This document shows, in pieces, positions 28,744 to 38,087 of a stretch of 64,000 nucleotides of DNA (positions are counted from its first letter, which is position 1; every line of letters begins with the position of its first letter). Position numbers and translations under genes: made by a program. The stretch lies in the IMG/VR virus record IMGVR_UViG_3300017814_000173, one strand, 5' to 3'. This stretch comes from an uncultured virus (IMG/VR IMGVR_UViG_3300017814_000173). Lineage: Duplodnaviria; Heunggongvirae; Uroviricota; Caudoviricetes. The notes below the pieces were generated by a model. That model was not told the origin of the DNA and ran no database searches. It saw nothing but the letters and a program-made list of their open reading frames with translations.

Positions 28744-30364
28744 CGTCATTCTCCTTTTCATCGGAATTCGAGGAGGCGGCCGGAGCTGCTTTCGCGGCGG
28801 CGGCGGCCGGCATGTCAGCCTCGGTCAAGCCGTTTTGGGCCAGCATCTTTTTCCGCAGCGCGGCCAGTTCGATTTCACAGGCCAGTTTTTTCTTTTTCTC
28901 CGCGTAATTCTGGTCCATTTCAGCTTCCCAGTCGCGGCCTTCCTGACCGAGTTCGTTGGCCAGATTGGTGGAGGCGTTGGTCAGCCGGATATCCTGCGCC
29001 TGCGCTTCTTTCAGCGGGTCGATATGTTCGGAGCCGTCCCAGAACCATTTGTGCGGCGTCCAATAGGTGTCGAGCTTGGAATAATCGGCGGGATAGAAGA
29101 TCCGGTCTTCCGCCTCCCAGGCCGGATAAACCCGGTCCAGAATGGTGATTTCGATATCGTCGCGTTCGATCTCGATCGAACGGAAATAGGTCTGGTGATC
29201 GAGGCGGCCGGAGGAATAGTTGTACTCTTTGGAATTGCCCTTGGCCACGTTGAACGGCATGTTGAACGGGCGCGCCATTTCGTTGATGTTCATATCGACG
29301 AACTGCGCGTGGGTGGCGGTGGGCTGTTCCGGCTTGAGCTGGTTGATTTTATAACCGCCGGGCATGCACAATCCGCCGTTGCGTTCAATCGGAACCACGT
29401 CCATCGGCCGGTACTGAGCTTCACGCTTCTTTTCCTGTGCCTCCGGCGAATTGGACTGCCCGTAAATTTCATCCGCCATGTCTTCCGGCGGGGCGTCGGT
29501 GGTCAGCAGAAACGAGATGCTGGCGGCGTTGCGGGCGCATTCCAGCACCGACTGCGTATAACTGCGCAGGTTGGCGAACACGCCGAGCGTCGGCGTGATT
29601 TCCGGCACGCCGCGATGCTGTCCGGGCCGGTTTTCGTTGAAATAATGAATTACATAGTTGGCCGGGATTTCATTGAATTCGCGCGGAAAATAGTAACCGC
29701 TGCCGGGATGACACTTCAAGAATTTGTAAGTAACAGGATTGCCAGTTTCATCCAACACAATGCCGTCGACTTCTTTGGGCTGGCCGTTCGGCCAGGCGTC
29801 GAAGACGGTGACAAAAAGGTCGGACGTCACCTGCTCGGTTTCGTAGAGGGTAAGATCGAGTTTGACCGGGCCGGGAACCTGCAAATTGGTGCTCATCACC
29901 AGAAACGCTTCGCCGGCCTCGGCCTTGGCGCGTCGGGCAATCCGCAATTTTTTGGCGAACTTGGTATCGTGCATCCACTGCGCGAACCGGGCTTCCCGGC
30001 GGCGCGCGGCATCCGGATCGGCAATCTGCAGTTGCAGCCGCGGACCGGTGCCGACGGTGTCCCGCGCCAGCGTATCGACCATGCCGGTACCGTAGCCGTT
30101 GTTGGCAATTTCGTAGCGCGATTTGATCACCAGCGAATGCCGGACCGCCGGATTCAACGCGGCGTCGGCGCTTAAACCGTCGGCATTTTCCCAGTGCCGG
30201 GCGTTGTCGGACGTGGTCCGGGCGGCGTCGAACCGGGCGCGAACCACCTGATTGTGCGACGAATGGACCAAGCCGCCATCCCCGGCGGACAAATGCCGGC
30301 CTGCGGCGGCGGAATCGCCGTGAAACAGGCCGTGCCAGACGGCGGCAATGGAAGCGCCGATCAT
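28724..30364 (-). CDS. Portal protein, lambda family
   Basis: SRYEIANNGY, GEAF, DGIVLD..G.PV.Y, RPGQHRGVP, NYSSGR, IDPLKE. Confidence 0.93.
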   Translation of the reverse strand: MIGASIAAVWHGLFHGDSAAAGRHLSAGDGGLVHSSHNQVVRARFDAARTTSDNARHWENADGLSADAALNPAVRHSLVIKSRYEIANNGYGTGMVDTLARDTVGTGPRLQLQIADPDAARRREARFAQWMHDTKFAKKLRIARRAKAEAGEAFLVMSTNLQVPGPVKLDLTLYETEQVTSDLFVTVFDAWPNGQPKEVDGIVLDETGNPVTYKFLKCHPGSGYYFPREFNEIPANYVIHYFNENRPGQHRGVPEITPTLGVFANLRSYTQSVLECARNAASISFLLTTDAPPEDMADEIYGQSNSPEAQEKKREAQYRPMDVVPIERNGGLCMPGGYKINQLKPEQPTATHAQFVDMNINEMARPFNMPFNVAKGNSKEYNYSSGRLDHQTYFRSIEIERDDIEITILDRVYPAWEAEDRIFYPADYSKLDTYWTPHKWFWDGSEHIDPLKEAQAQDIRLTNASTNLANELGQEGRDWEAEMDQNYAEKKKKLACEIELAALRKKMLAQNGLTEADMPAAAAAKAAPAASSNSDEKENDDEKDAA

Positions 30365-30564
30365 CGGGCGGTCCCCGGCGGGGAAAATTTACAGAAACGG
30401 ACGGCACGCCACGGATTTTTTGCGACGCGGCGATTGGCCAGATAGCGATCGGCTGCGATCAGGTCGGGCAGCGGCCGGGCGGTGACTTTTTCGCCGTCGA
30501 TTTCATAGGATTCCGGATTGCCCGCGGCGTCGCGGATGTTCTGTTCCAGCCCCGAATCAGCCAT
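30361..30564 (-). CDS. gpW-like head completion protein
   Basis: 67 aa directly upstream of portal; SYEIDGEKV...LPDLIAADRY. Confidence 0.7.
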   Translation of the reverse strand: MADSGLEQNIRDAAGNPESYEIDGEKVTARPLPDLIAADRYLANRRVAKNPWRAVRFCKFSPPGTAR

Positions 30565-30585
30565 ACCAGACTCTCCCGTTGAAGT

Positions 30586-30628
30586 TTAAAAACGGTCTCC
30601 GGATGCCGGATCGGGAATCCGGAGACCG
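30586..30628 (-). terminator. Candidate intrinsic terminator upstream of the structural operon
   Basis: Perfect 12-bp stem CGGTCTCCGGAT/ATCCGGAGACCG followed by TTTTT on the minus strand. Confidence 0.55.
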
Positions 30629-30741
30629 CGTCAACCCGCGCCGGCGGCCAAGCAGACGTGAGATTATCAATTATATTGACCGGAAAAATAAAAACTGTGC
30701 AGATAATTTTAAGAAAATTAGGAAAATTATCAGTTTTAGTA

Positions 30742-30770
30742 TTGACTGCGTATCATATACGCATTATAAT
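30742..30770 (+). promoter_or_regulatory. Sigma70 promoter with palindromic operator
   Basis: TTGACT-17-TATAAT; inverted repeat TGCGTAT-cat-ATACGCA (30747-30763). Confidence 0.8.
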
Positions 30771-30814
30771 AATTGCAGGTGGTAATAATAAAAACAGCAA
30801 CGGAGAAACGAAGT

Positions 30815-31147
30815 ATGAACCAGAAAACGCAGGAAGAATTATCCGCCCATTGCGAAACGCTGACCCGGGTAATCCGTCAGACCAATGAAATCGCCCAGAA
30901 TGAACCCTATATCCCATCGGAAATAGTCATGCGCGAGGGAATTAATCATCTGTCCGATGCCATTGATTATTTCAAAGACGCCGCTGAATACGCCAACGGC
31001 TGGCTGCATGACCGTCCGCTGCCGAATCAATATACCGCGGCCTCCACCACGAAAGAACAGCTCGAAAAACTGGCGCGCAAATGCGATGTGCTGTCACCGA
31101 CCATTGCCATGCACCTGCGCCAAATCATCAGCAATATCAAAGCATAA
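30815..31147 (+). CDS. Hypothetical small helical protein
   Basis: RBS GGAG; first gene after the promoter. Confidence 0.7.
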   Translation: MNQKTQEELSAHCETLTRVIRQTNEIAQNEPYIPSEIVMREGINHLSDAIDYFKDAAEYANGWLHDRPLPNQYTAASTTKEQLEKLARKCDVLSPTIAMHLRQIISNIKA

Positions 31148-31201
31148 GAAATTGAAAATAGTTTTGCAAGTGACACAGTATATATAAAATATGGAGGGAA
31201 T

Positions 31202-31579
31202 ATGAGCAAATACACGTTAATCGGACCGGATCAAGATCAAGATGATCTTGATGTAATGACTGCTTACAAAGGACTGAGTGATTTATGGAGTCGTTACGAT
31301 GTCGGAGAAATTGACGATCCGGGATCGGTAGAAATCGATTCCGAGGAGTTTGTCAAGGAAGAAGACATTCCGCACAACCCCGACGAAGTTGTAGAAGAAC
31401 GTTATGGGGAACATTTCGGAATAACGCTGTTCTGCAAATTTCAACAAGACGACAAGGGGGGGAAACGGTTCATTGCCGCCTACGAGCACAATGGACAAGA
31501 AATCCCGCTGGATGAGATTTCTCAAATCAGTGACGATTTTGCCGATGCCATTCATATGGATTTTACAAATTGCTTATGA
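31202..31579 (+). CDS. Highly acidic small protein (candidate DNA mimic / anti-defence protein)
   Basis: RBS GGAGG; hand count 32 D/E vs 9 K/R in 125 aa. Confidence 0.7.
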   Translation: MSKYTLIGPDQDQDDLDVMTAYKGLSDLWSRYDVGEIDDPGSVEIDSEEFVKEEDIPHNPDEVVEERYGEHFGITLFCKFQQDDKGGKRFIAAYEHNGQEIPLDEISQISDDFADAIHMDFTNCL

Positions 31580-31758
31580 ACCTGGAAGATTTTATCACTA
31601 AACATAAACTATCCGGACGGGAAACCGCCCGAATCCTGCTGGTCACGGAAGGGGCCGTGCGTCACTGGCGCGACGGTTCCAATCCGTTGCCGCCGTCCAT
31701 ATCCCTGTTACTGTTGTTGCTGGACGATTATTTTCAGCGGCATCAACACTGGCCCTAA
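31576..31758 (+). CDS. Small XRE-like HTH regulator
   Basis: LSGRETARILLVTEGAVRHWRDG..P.P; ATGA-coupled. Confidence 0.8.
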   Translation: MNLEDFITKHKLSGRETARILLVTEGAVRHWRDGSNPLPPSISLLLLLLDDYFQRHQHWP

Positions 31759-31934
31759 AGTTTTGACAATTCCTGCTGTAAAAATTTTGCCCGATCGACG
31801 CGATCGGCGGGAATGAGCCTTCGATCACATTCATAACTCTTTAAGGTTTCCAGAGAAATCTTCATTTTATCGGCAAAAGCTTGCCGGGTCAACCCGGTAG
31901 CTTTTCGAATGGCTTGCAATTCTTTTCCGGTCAT
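31755..31934 (-). CDS. Small XRE-family HTH regulator
   Basis: MTGKELQAIRKATGLTRQAFADKMKISLETLKSYE; ATGA-coupled. Confidence 0.85.
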   Translation of the reverse strand: MTGKELQAIRKATGLTRQAFADKMKISLETLKSYECDRRLIPADRVDRAKFLQQELSKL

Positions 31935-32389
31935 ACTTCCCGGCCTCCGGTGGCGGCAAACGGTTTCATACAAGGAAGCCGCCGTACCCGGCGGTACTTG
32001 CAAACACCTTGAAATACCATTTTTCCGGCATCATAAATGAATAATTGAAACTCCCGGCCTTCATCTTCCAGGGCCGGCAACCGATCAAACTGTTGATTAA
32101 CCATTTGGATTACCCACGGCGTATCCGGGTCATCGTCAAACAGAAATTCAAATGCGTCTTTGGCATTCTTTTCCGTCCACCATCCGCGGGAAACAACAAT
32201 TTCAGTGGCATTCCGAGCCGCTTCCAGCATCGGTTTGACCAATTCGCCGTTCGTTCCGCTATCAACCAGCAGCCGGAAAGCCCCGGCATTAATGGAACAA
32301 AAAAACAAACCCTTGCCGTTCGGTTCCGAATCCCAATAATTCGAACTGACGATTTGCTGCCCGTTATTATGAATTTCAAGCATGGACAT
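31931..32389 (-). CDS. Hypothetical protein
   Basis: RBS GGAG; NYWDSE...FFCSINAGAFRLL. Confidence 0.7.
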   Translation of the reverse strand: MSMLEIHNNGQQIVSSNYWDSEPNGKGLFFCSINAGAFRLLVDSGTNGELVKPMLEAARNATEIVVSRGWWTEKNAKDAFEFLFDDDPDTPWVIQMVNQQFDRLPALEDEGREFQLFIYDAGKMVFQGVCKYRRVRRLPCMKPFAATGGREV

Positions 32390-32894
32390 GAGGTTTCTCC
32401 TTTGGTTCAATTTCCCAACTGGAAGAATACCCATAATTGGCAAAAGCGTAAGCAATCCCGGCCTGTTGTTGCAACCGGATATATTCTTCCGACTCCATGC
32501 CTAAATTATGGCAAATTTCTTCATCTTCAAGTCCCAATTCCTTTAACTTAATTACCAGATCGGACATTTTTTCCACCTGGTGCATCCCTTTAATGCGATT
32601 CATCAAGACCGTCAGCTGAACCGCATCGTGATAAGATAGCTTCAGCACAACCACGGAAGTCTCCGTTTCTCCCATGCGTTTAAGAGCTTCATACCGGTGA
32701 TAACCGTCAATAATTCGATATTTCTTTTTTTCTTCCACCCAAACCACCAGAATCGGAAACAAAAATCCATATTTTCGAATGCAATCCTGTAACAAATCCA
32801 TTTCCGTTTCCGGCATCTTGTTCGGATTGTAATCATTGGCAAAAAGATCGTCCAATTTTACTACCTGTGCTTCTATTGCATGCTGCGCAATCAT
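32376..32894 (-). CDS. ParB/Srx-like protein (IbrB/YbdM-like)
   Basis: ANDYNPN, YGFLFPILV, IIDGYHR, NRIKGMH, LGM..EE..RL. Confidence 0.85.
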   Translation of the reverse strand: MIAQHAIEAQVVKLDDLFANDYNPNKMPETEMDLLQDCIRKYGFLFPILVVWVEEKKKYRIIDGYHRYEALKRMGETETSVVVLKLSYHDAVQLTVLMNRIKGMHQVEKMSDLVIKLKELGLEDEEICHNLGMESEEYIRLQQQAGIAYAFANYGYSSSWEIEPKEKPHVHA

Positions 32895-33967
32895 AATAAC
32901 GCTCTCCATTTGGCAATCAATTTTTGATTTTTTTCAGCGCGTTTCGTATCGAATGGACGGGAATTTTCATAGTCGTTGATCAACAGTTGTCCGACCTGCT
33001 GTTGATACATATGTTCCGTCGGCTCCTGTTTATCAAAGCGTTTTTTAAAACGTGTCCGATGCTCCGGATTGGGAAGATTATTCAGCATAAAATCGCGGAA
33101 CTCCTTCCAGTTGTGATAATGTTCCGGAAGTTGCTTGTTGTTAAATACCAGCCGTTCGCTGGCATAACGGGCCGCCGTGGCAACCCCGCCAATCCGCCGG
33201 CAAAGACGGCTATAGGTATCCGGTTCATAACGCGGCAGATCGACCAGACACTTAAAAGATTTCTCATGAATCAAATTGGAAACCCGCATCCGGTTGTAAA
33301 TACTCTTATTGTCCATGAACATCAAGTCGTAAATTTTGTTATATACGATGTTGTATTCATAAATAAAATGCCAGACGTCATAAACCGTCCAGTCGTAAAT
33401 CGGATAAAAACGATTGATTTTTCCTTCCACGGTGCTCCAGCGCAAGCCATCCCAGCCGGGATGTTTGGTTACCGCCCGAAAGCGGGTAATGCTTTCATCG
33501 GCTCGCAATCCGACCAGGTAGGCCGCTTCGGGATGATTGTTTTCATGCCAGCGGAAAAAGTCATAAAAGCGTTGCGGATATTTTACCGGAACGGACTGAA
33601 TGGCTGCGGCATCTTTTTCCCGCATCCAATGTTCTCCAGGACCCCAGGCATACAAAAAATAATCGGAATAGCTGGTGGCATTGGTCATATAGATCGGAAC
33701 CTGAAACCATTGCGGAATGACGTTCGGATGAAGCATCATCCGGCGAATCAGTTCAATCGACGACTGATATTCCGCCTCCTGATCAAGAAAAAAACACACA
33801 ATCTTGCGTTTCCGTCTCATGGCTTCCTGCAAGCACAACGAATACAAAACCGTACTGTCTTTCCCAGAGGATACCGAAACGTTAATCGTTTCGAAGCGAT
33901 CAAACAGCATAGCAATGCGTTCCCGGGCTGCGACCAATACATTTTTGGAAGTGTTATAAATTTTCAT
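32891..33967 (-). CDS. PAPS-reductase-like PP-loop protein (IbrA/YbdN/DUF3440-like)
   Basis: SVSSGKDS, FLDQEAEY, VGLRADES..R, YPIYDWT..DVW, MRVS. Confidence 0.85.
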   Translation of the reverse strand: MKIYNTSKNVLVAARERIAMLFDRFETINVSVSSGKDSTVLYSLCLQEAMRRKRKIVCFFLDQEAEYQSSIELIRRMMLHPNVIPQWFQVPIYMTNATSYSDYFLYAWGPGEHWMREKDAAAIQSVPVKYPQRFYDFFRWHENNHPEAAYLVGLRADESITRFRAVTKHPGWDGLRWSTVEGKINRFYPIYDWTVYDVWHFIYEYNIVYNKIYDLMFMDNKSIYNRMRVSNLIHEKSFKCLVDLPRYEPDTYSRLCRRIGGVATAARYASERLVFNNKQLPEHYHNWKEFRDFMLNNLPNPEHRTRFKKRFDKQEPTEHMYQQQVGQLLINDYENSRPFDTKRAEKNQKLIAKWRALL

Positions 33968-34709
33968 GAGCAATTACCCGATTATAAATATCTTTTCTTC
34001 GCATATTTTCTTCCACCACAAAACGATAGATTTTCAGATCGGGAACTTTTATCACTCCACCCATTCGAAACACATCATAATCTACCGATAGGTCATATTT
34101 GGAGTTCGCCAATTTGAGCAGATTGTTGAGCCATAATTTGGGCGTGGAATATTTTCCAAAGACAAAATTTTTTGCTTCCTCATACCATTGTAAATCAAAC
34201 AAATCAATCTCGGTAAATTCAAACGTCGTATTTAATGGTTCCAGGTCGGAATAAGTATTGGAAAGATAAGCCCCGATATTTTTTCCGGACAGCCGGCAAT
34301 CTTCTTTTTCCCGATAAAACCAATCTTTCCATTCTCCTTCAATAGGATAACTGTAGGACGCCCCAAAATGATTATTATTGGTATAAAGATAGTGAAAAAA
34401 CAACCGCCATGGTTCGCCGATAAAAGGACTGTTGTCAATGCTTATTTTGGGAACATTCGACGATAAGGTAGTAAGGTATTCATGAACCATATCACAACGA
34501 TTGGCCGGATTAATCATCCGGTTCAATCCCACTAAAATAAATTTCGGCGGTTTGATATTGGGATATTCGACGCGAAACTTATTGAATTCCATATATTCAA
34601 CCCCGGAAATTTCCGGAGGAACATAATCGGCGTGATAAATGCAGAAAGTGCCCGGCGGGACTTCAAAATTAAGCACCGGATGCGAAGTATCTTTAATGAA
34701 TTGAATCAT
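33954..34709 (-). CDS. Hypothetical protein in the coupled operon
   Basis: 251 aa; overlaps both neighbours. Confidence 0.75.
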   Translation of the reverse strand: MIQFIKDTSHPVLNFEVPPGTFCIYHADYVPPEISGVEYMEFNKFRVEYPNIKPPKFILVGLNRMINPANRCDMVHEYLTTLSSNVPKISIDNSPFIGEPWRLFFHYLYTNNNHFGASYSYPIEGEWKDWFYREKEDCRLSGKNIGAYLSNTYSDLEPLNTTFEFTEIDLFDLQWYEEAKNFVFGKYSTPKLWLNNLLKLANSKYDLSVDYDVFRMGGVIKVPDLKIYRFVVEENMRRKDIYNRVIAHENL

Positions 34710-35274
34710 GTTTGTAACCCATTAAATTTTTCGCAATATAAAAAACGCATTTTCCGTTAATATCCGACATGACAAAACTTTTTTGATGTTCGGAAAATAT
34801 CTTTCCCGTATTGCCGTATCCACAGCAGAAGTCACCAACCCGGTCATAACGCTCCGCCAATTTCTCAATAAAATCGTAATTGGTTTTGAATCGGTAATTA
34901 TGGGTATCATTCCACCCGATTAAATTGGTCGGGTATCCATATAATATAATTTTTTCCATCCGCTCGGGGACCGGCAATTTTTTTAATGCATGACTTCCGA
35001 TAATCAGCCAAAGAGGACGATTCCAATGATTGATAATTTTTGTCAACGCGTCCAAATATTCCTCGTAAGTAGTCCGCTCGTGGTCCGCCCGATCCATAAA
35101 TTTAAAATATCCGTCCAGCCATGCCGGTTCCGCATAGAGAACATCGCAATCCGAATAATATTTTGGGAAGTTTCCGCAAATATCATGTCGAAAAACAATA
35201 GATTCTGTTTGATAAAAATCCAATTCATCCTGAATAGATAATTCTTTTTTTAATGCGCTATGATAAACTTTCAT
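34693..35274 (-). CDS. Small SAM-dependent methyltransferase-like protein
   Basis: DVLYAEPAW (DPPW-like motif IV) precedes VGDFCCGYG (motif I), then SDIN. Confidence 0.6.
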   Translation of the reverse strand: MKVYHSALKKELSIQDELDFYQTESIVFRHDICGNFPKYYSDCDVLYAEPAWLDGYFKFMDRADHERTTYEEYLDALTKIINHWNRPLWLIIGSHALKKLPVPERMEKIILYGYPTNLIGWNDTHNYRFKTNYDFIEKLAERYDRVGDFCCGYGNTGKIFSEHQKSFVMSDINGKCVFYIAKNLMGYKHDSIH

Positions 35275-36683
35275 AATGATTGAATCAGCTTTTTCAGCTT
35301 GCCTTTATCTTTAATTTTTTCGACTTCATCTTTAAATTCCGCCAGAACGTTTCCCTTATTTAATAAAGAAATCTCAATTCGATCGTCGATCGATTGATTG
35401 CAATGAATATCAATGTACGTCACTGTCCGCATTTGACCAGGTCGATGATTTCGGTCTTCCGCCTGCAGACGTTCACTATATTTGAATCCATTGTTGTAAA
35501 ATATCACATAATCGGAGATGACCAGCTGATTCAAGCCGTGTCCACCACAACTCGGCGTCAGTACAATAAACCGGGCATCCTGTTCAAAACGTTCAATCTG
35601 AACCGCACGTTGCTTTTCAGTTAATTGTCCGGAATATCGAGCACAACAATCCGGCCCATATTCGGCAGTCAACGCAGCCACGATGGAATCAATATCGTAC
35701 TGGAATTTTGCCCAAATCGTCACCTTGTGATCGGCAGGAATTTCATAAATCACGTTCATCAGCGCATTAATTCGACCATGCGGAATGGGAATAATTCCGC
35801 CCTCTTCATCCGTCGTATAACCGGAAACGATCTTTTGCAACTCGGTAAAAAGCTGAAAAATCGCATAACTATCGAATTCATCGCGCTCCAGTCGGTCAAA
35901 CGTTTTTTCCTTGGCGTCGTCATAGGCAATTTGCTGTTCTACCGACATCAGGATATGGAACGTTGTGTACAATTTTTTCGGTAAATCCAGACAGTCTGCT
36001 TTCTGAATCTGGTAGACATAAGGCTGAATCTTGGCCGCCAGATATTCCGTATTGTGAGCCCGGACAATCTTTCCGGGGAACTTGTCCGAATATTCCAGAT
36101 GGTTCCGGGCGAAACTGTAAAACGAATTATAACCCAAAATTTTCGGCGACAAGAAACGCATCTGAGAAAAAAGATCGACCACCCCCTGCGTCAACGGCGT
36201 CCCGGTCAAAATTAGGCGGTACCGGGCCTTTTGAGCAATGGCGGTAATCCAGTCCGTCCGGGCCGCGCGATAGCCCTTGATGTAGGTCGACTCATCGACC
36301 ACGACCATACTGTCGACAGTAATAACCGCGGCCGCCGCAAATTTCAGTCTCGCCGAGGCGCTCATACTCTCAATCCCAATCAGATACCACTGACGATCCT
36401 GCGGAACCGTGGGGGCGGTCGTTTTATCGTCAAAACGGTAAATATCTTTCATGCTGCAATCGGTATGCCGGATAATCTGTTGCTCGATGGTTCGTTTTAC
36501 GGATACCGGCTCGAACCAGATCACGCGGCGGATGCGGTCGGCGCGATAGTGCGCCAGCGCGATCGTTGTCAGGCTCTTTCCCGTTCCCATTTCCATAAAC
36601 AGGGCGCCGATTCGCGTATGCGCCTGCTTAGAAAGCGCATCTCTTTGATGAGACATCAAAGCAGTTTTTACTTCAAATTTCAT
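35271..36683 (-). CDS. SNF2-family helicase/translocase
   Basis: MEMGTGKS, VDES, LTGTP, GHGLN, QAEDRNHRPGQ. Confidence 0.92.
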   Translation of the reverse strand: MKFEVKTALMSHQRDALSKQAHTRIGALFMEMGTGKSLTTIALAHYRADRIRRVIWFEPVSVKRTIEQQIIRHTDCSMKDIYRFDDKTTAPTVPQDRQWYLIGIESMSASARLKFAAAAVITVDSMVVVDESTYIKGYRAARTDWITAIAQKARYRLILTGTPLTQGVVDLFSQMRFLSPKILGYNSFYSFARNHLEYSDKFPGKIVRAHNTEYLAAKIQPYVYQIQKADCLDLPKKLYTTFHILMSVEQQIAYDDAKEKTFDRLERDEFDSYAIFQLFTELQKIVSGYTTDEEGGIIPIPHGRINALMNVIYEIPADHKVTIWAKFQYDIDSIVAALTAEYGPDCCARYSGQLTEKQRAVQIERFEQDARFIVLTPSCGGHGLNQLVISDYVIFYNNGFKYSERLQAEDRNHRPGQMRTVTYIDIHCNQSIDDRIEISLLNKGNVLAEFKDEVEKIKDKGKLKKLIQSL

Positions 36684-37702
36684 TCTCTAAACTCATCGGC
36701 AACATCTGGATTTTTAGGGATGTCAAGCTCTTCCGGTTTGTTTTTCGGTTTTCCTACTTGACTGTTCGGCACAAGTTTCGGAATTACCGTGATCATGCGT
36801 TCACGAGCAGAAATCATTTGTTCAATTAAAATTTTAGCACCGGAACAAATTTTGAAATCGTTCATTGCAGAAAAATCAAGGATTTCCTGAAATCGCTCCG
36901 CCGGGACCGTCATGGTTCCCGCATGCCACTTTGAACCTGGCAATTTTTTAGCTTCGCTATACCAATCGGCATCCGTTTTGCGATCCCACGAAATTGCAAA
37001 GCGACCGGTATAAGGGCCGGAAACAATTCTTTTAATCTGCCGAGTATTTTCCGGTTCATATTTTCCGGCGATCACTTTTCCCCTAATTTCATTATCCAAG
37101 ATAAGCACCGGGATTCCGATCATCAGAATACGAATTCCCATTTCTACCGCTTTATCAAGGTCTGCTTTTCTGGTCCAGCATTCTCCGGACCAGGTAAATT
37201 TATGTTCATGCGCCAGTAATCTAAAATCTTCTCTCCTTTCCGGAAAATGCAGCGACAACTCCCCCTCTTTATACTGTATTTCGCAGACGGTTTCCGTTTT
37301 TGTCTTCGGCGGACGTAAAGTTGCTTCCTCCCTGGCGACCAATGCAGCAGGTTCCTTGTCAAGTTTTTTAACCGGATCAAGTAGTTCACAAACGGAAATT
37401 GCAGTTTGTTTCTCTAGCTCAAACGACAATTCATTCCGGTTGTCAATCCACCACGACGCCGACTCTGTGCTTTTAACCTTTTCGAGTGCAAGATCATATG
37501 CACGACGGAAAAAATCATTGACTTTTTCCGGGGTGTCGCATCCTCGTGACTTGAAATATTCAATCATTGCGCGTTCATCGACCACGCCAAAAACTTGACG
37601 TTGATTATAGATAACGCGATGTTTGATGCGATCCCAGGTAGGCCAGATCACCGCATCGCGGATTTTCCCCGCCCACTCGATTTGTTTTTCAGATCCGCGC
37701 AT
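36680..37702 (-). CDS. Hypothetical protein coupled to SNF2 (possible HARP-like C-terminal part)
   Basis: GSEKQIEWA..IR, WWIDNR, AKKLPGSKW; ATGA overlap. Confidence 0.7.
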   Translation of the reverse strand: MRGSEKQIEWAGKIRDAVIWPTWDRIKHRVIYNQRQVFGVVDERAMIEYFKSRGCDTPEKVNDFFRRAYDLALEKVKSTESASWWIDNRNELSFELEKQTAISVCELLDPVKKLDKEPAALVAREEATLRPPKTKTETVCEIQYKEGELSLHFPERREDFRLLAHEHKFTWSGECWTRKADLDKAVEMGIRILMIGIPVLILDNEIRGKVIAGKYEPENTRQIKRIVSGPYTGRFAISWDRKTDADWYSEAKKLPGSKWHAGTMTVPAERFQEILDFSAMNDFKICSGAKILIEQMISARERMITVIPKLVPNSQVGKPKNKPEELDIPKNPDVADEFRE

Positions 37703-37704
37703 GA

Positions 37705-38079
37705 TTATTTTTTGTCCTCAATGATTTTCTGCAACCGTGCCGCGACCTTTGAACTCCGACTTACTACTTTCCCGGACACGCAGTCGATGTAAGTTCCATC
37801 GATTTCATTCCAAAGCATCCGGCGTTTGTTATTGCTGTTTTCATCTTCAGTGACAATCATCGGAAATACCTTGTCGGTATCCACGTAAACGCGAACCTTA
37901 TCGCCGCCGAGCCAGATTTTCCCATATTGCAAAAACTTCTGATATTTTTCAGTGGCATCGACTTTTGCCACCTGTGCTTTTTCTGCTACGTCCAAATTTT
38001 CTTTTTGCCGCAATTCCATTTCTTCACGTCGGCAATTGATTTCTTCTTCACTCATTTCAACATGTGGTATTCTGATCAT
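37705..38079 (-). CDS. Hypothetical protein
   Basis: RBS GAGG; KIW..GDKVRVY. Confidence 0.65.
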   Translation of the reverse strand: MIRIPHVEMSEEEINCRREEMELRQKENLDVAEKAQVAKVDATEKYQKFLQYGKIWLGGDKVRVYVDTDKVFPMIVTEDENSNNKRRMLWNEIDGTYIDCVSGKVVSRSSKVAARLQKIIEDKK

Positions 38080-38087
38080 TTCAACCT

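Noticed and set aside
27616..30175. Long plus-strand ORFs (510 and 496 aa), and similar ones opposite TMP, TerL, the MTases and helicases
   Set aside because: Antisense shadows of GC-rich, clearly identified minus-strand genes, with no motifs of their own.
31152..31190. A second promoter before the acidic gene
   Set aside because: TTGCAA to TAAAAT spacing is only 15 bp in AT-rich DNA; not convincing.
32376..33967. Sulfate-assimilation CysH, plasmid partition, or a canonical Dnd/Ssp system
   Set aside because: No cys genes, no ParA, and no recognisable DndA/D/E or SspB/C. The motifs fit the IbrA/IbrB-like pair better.
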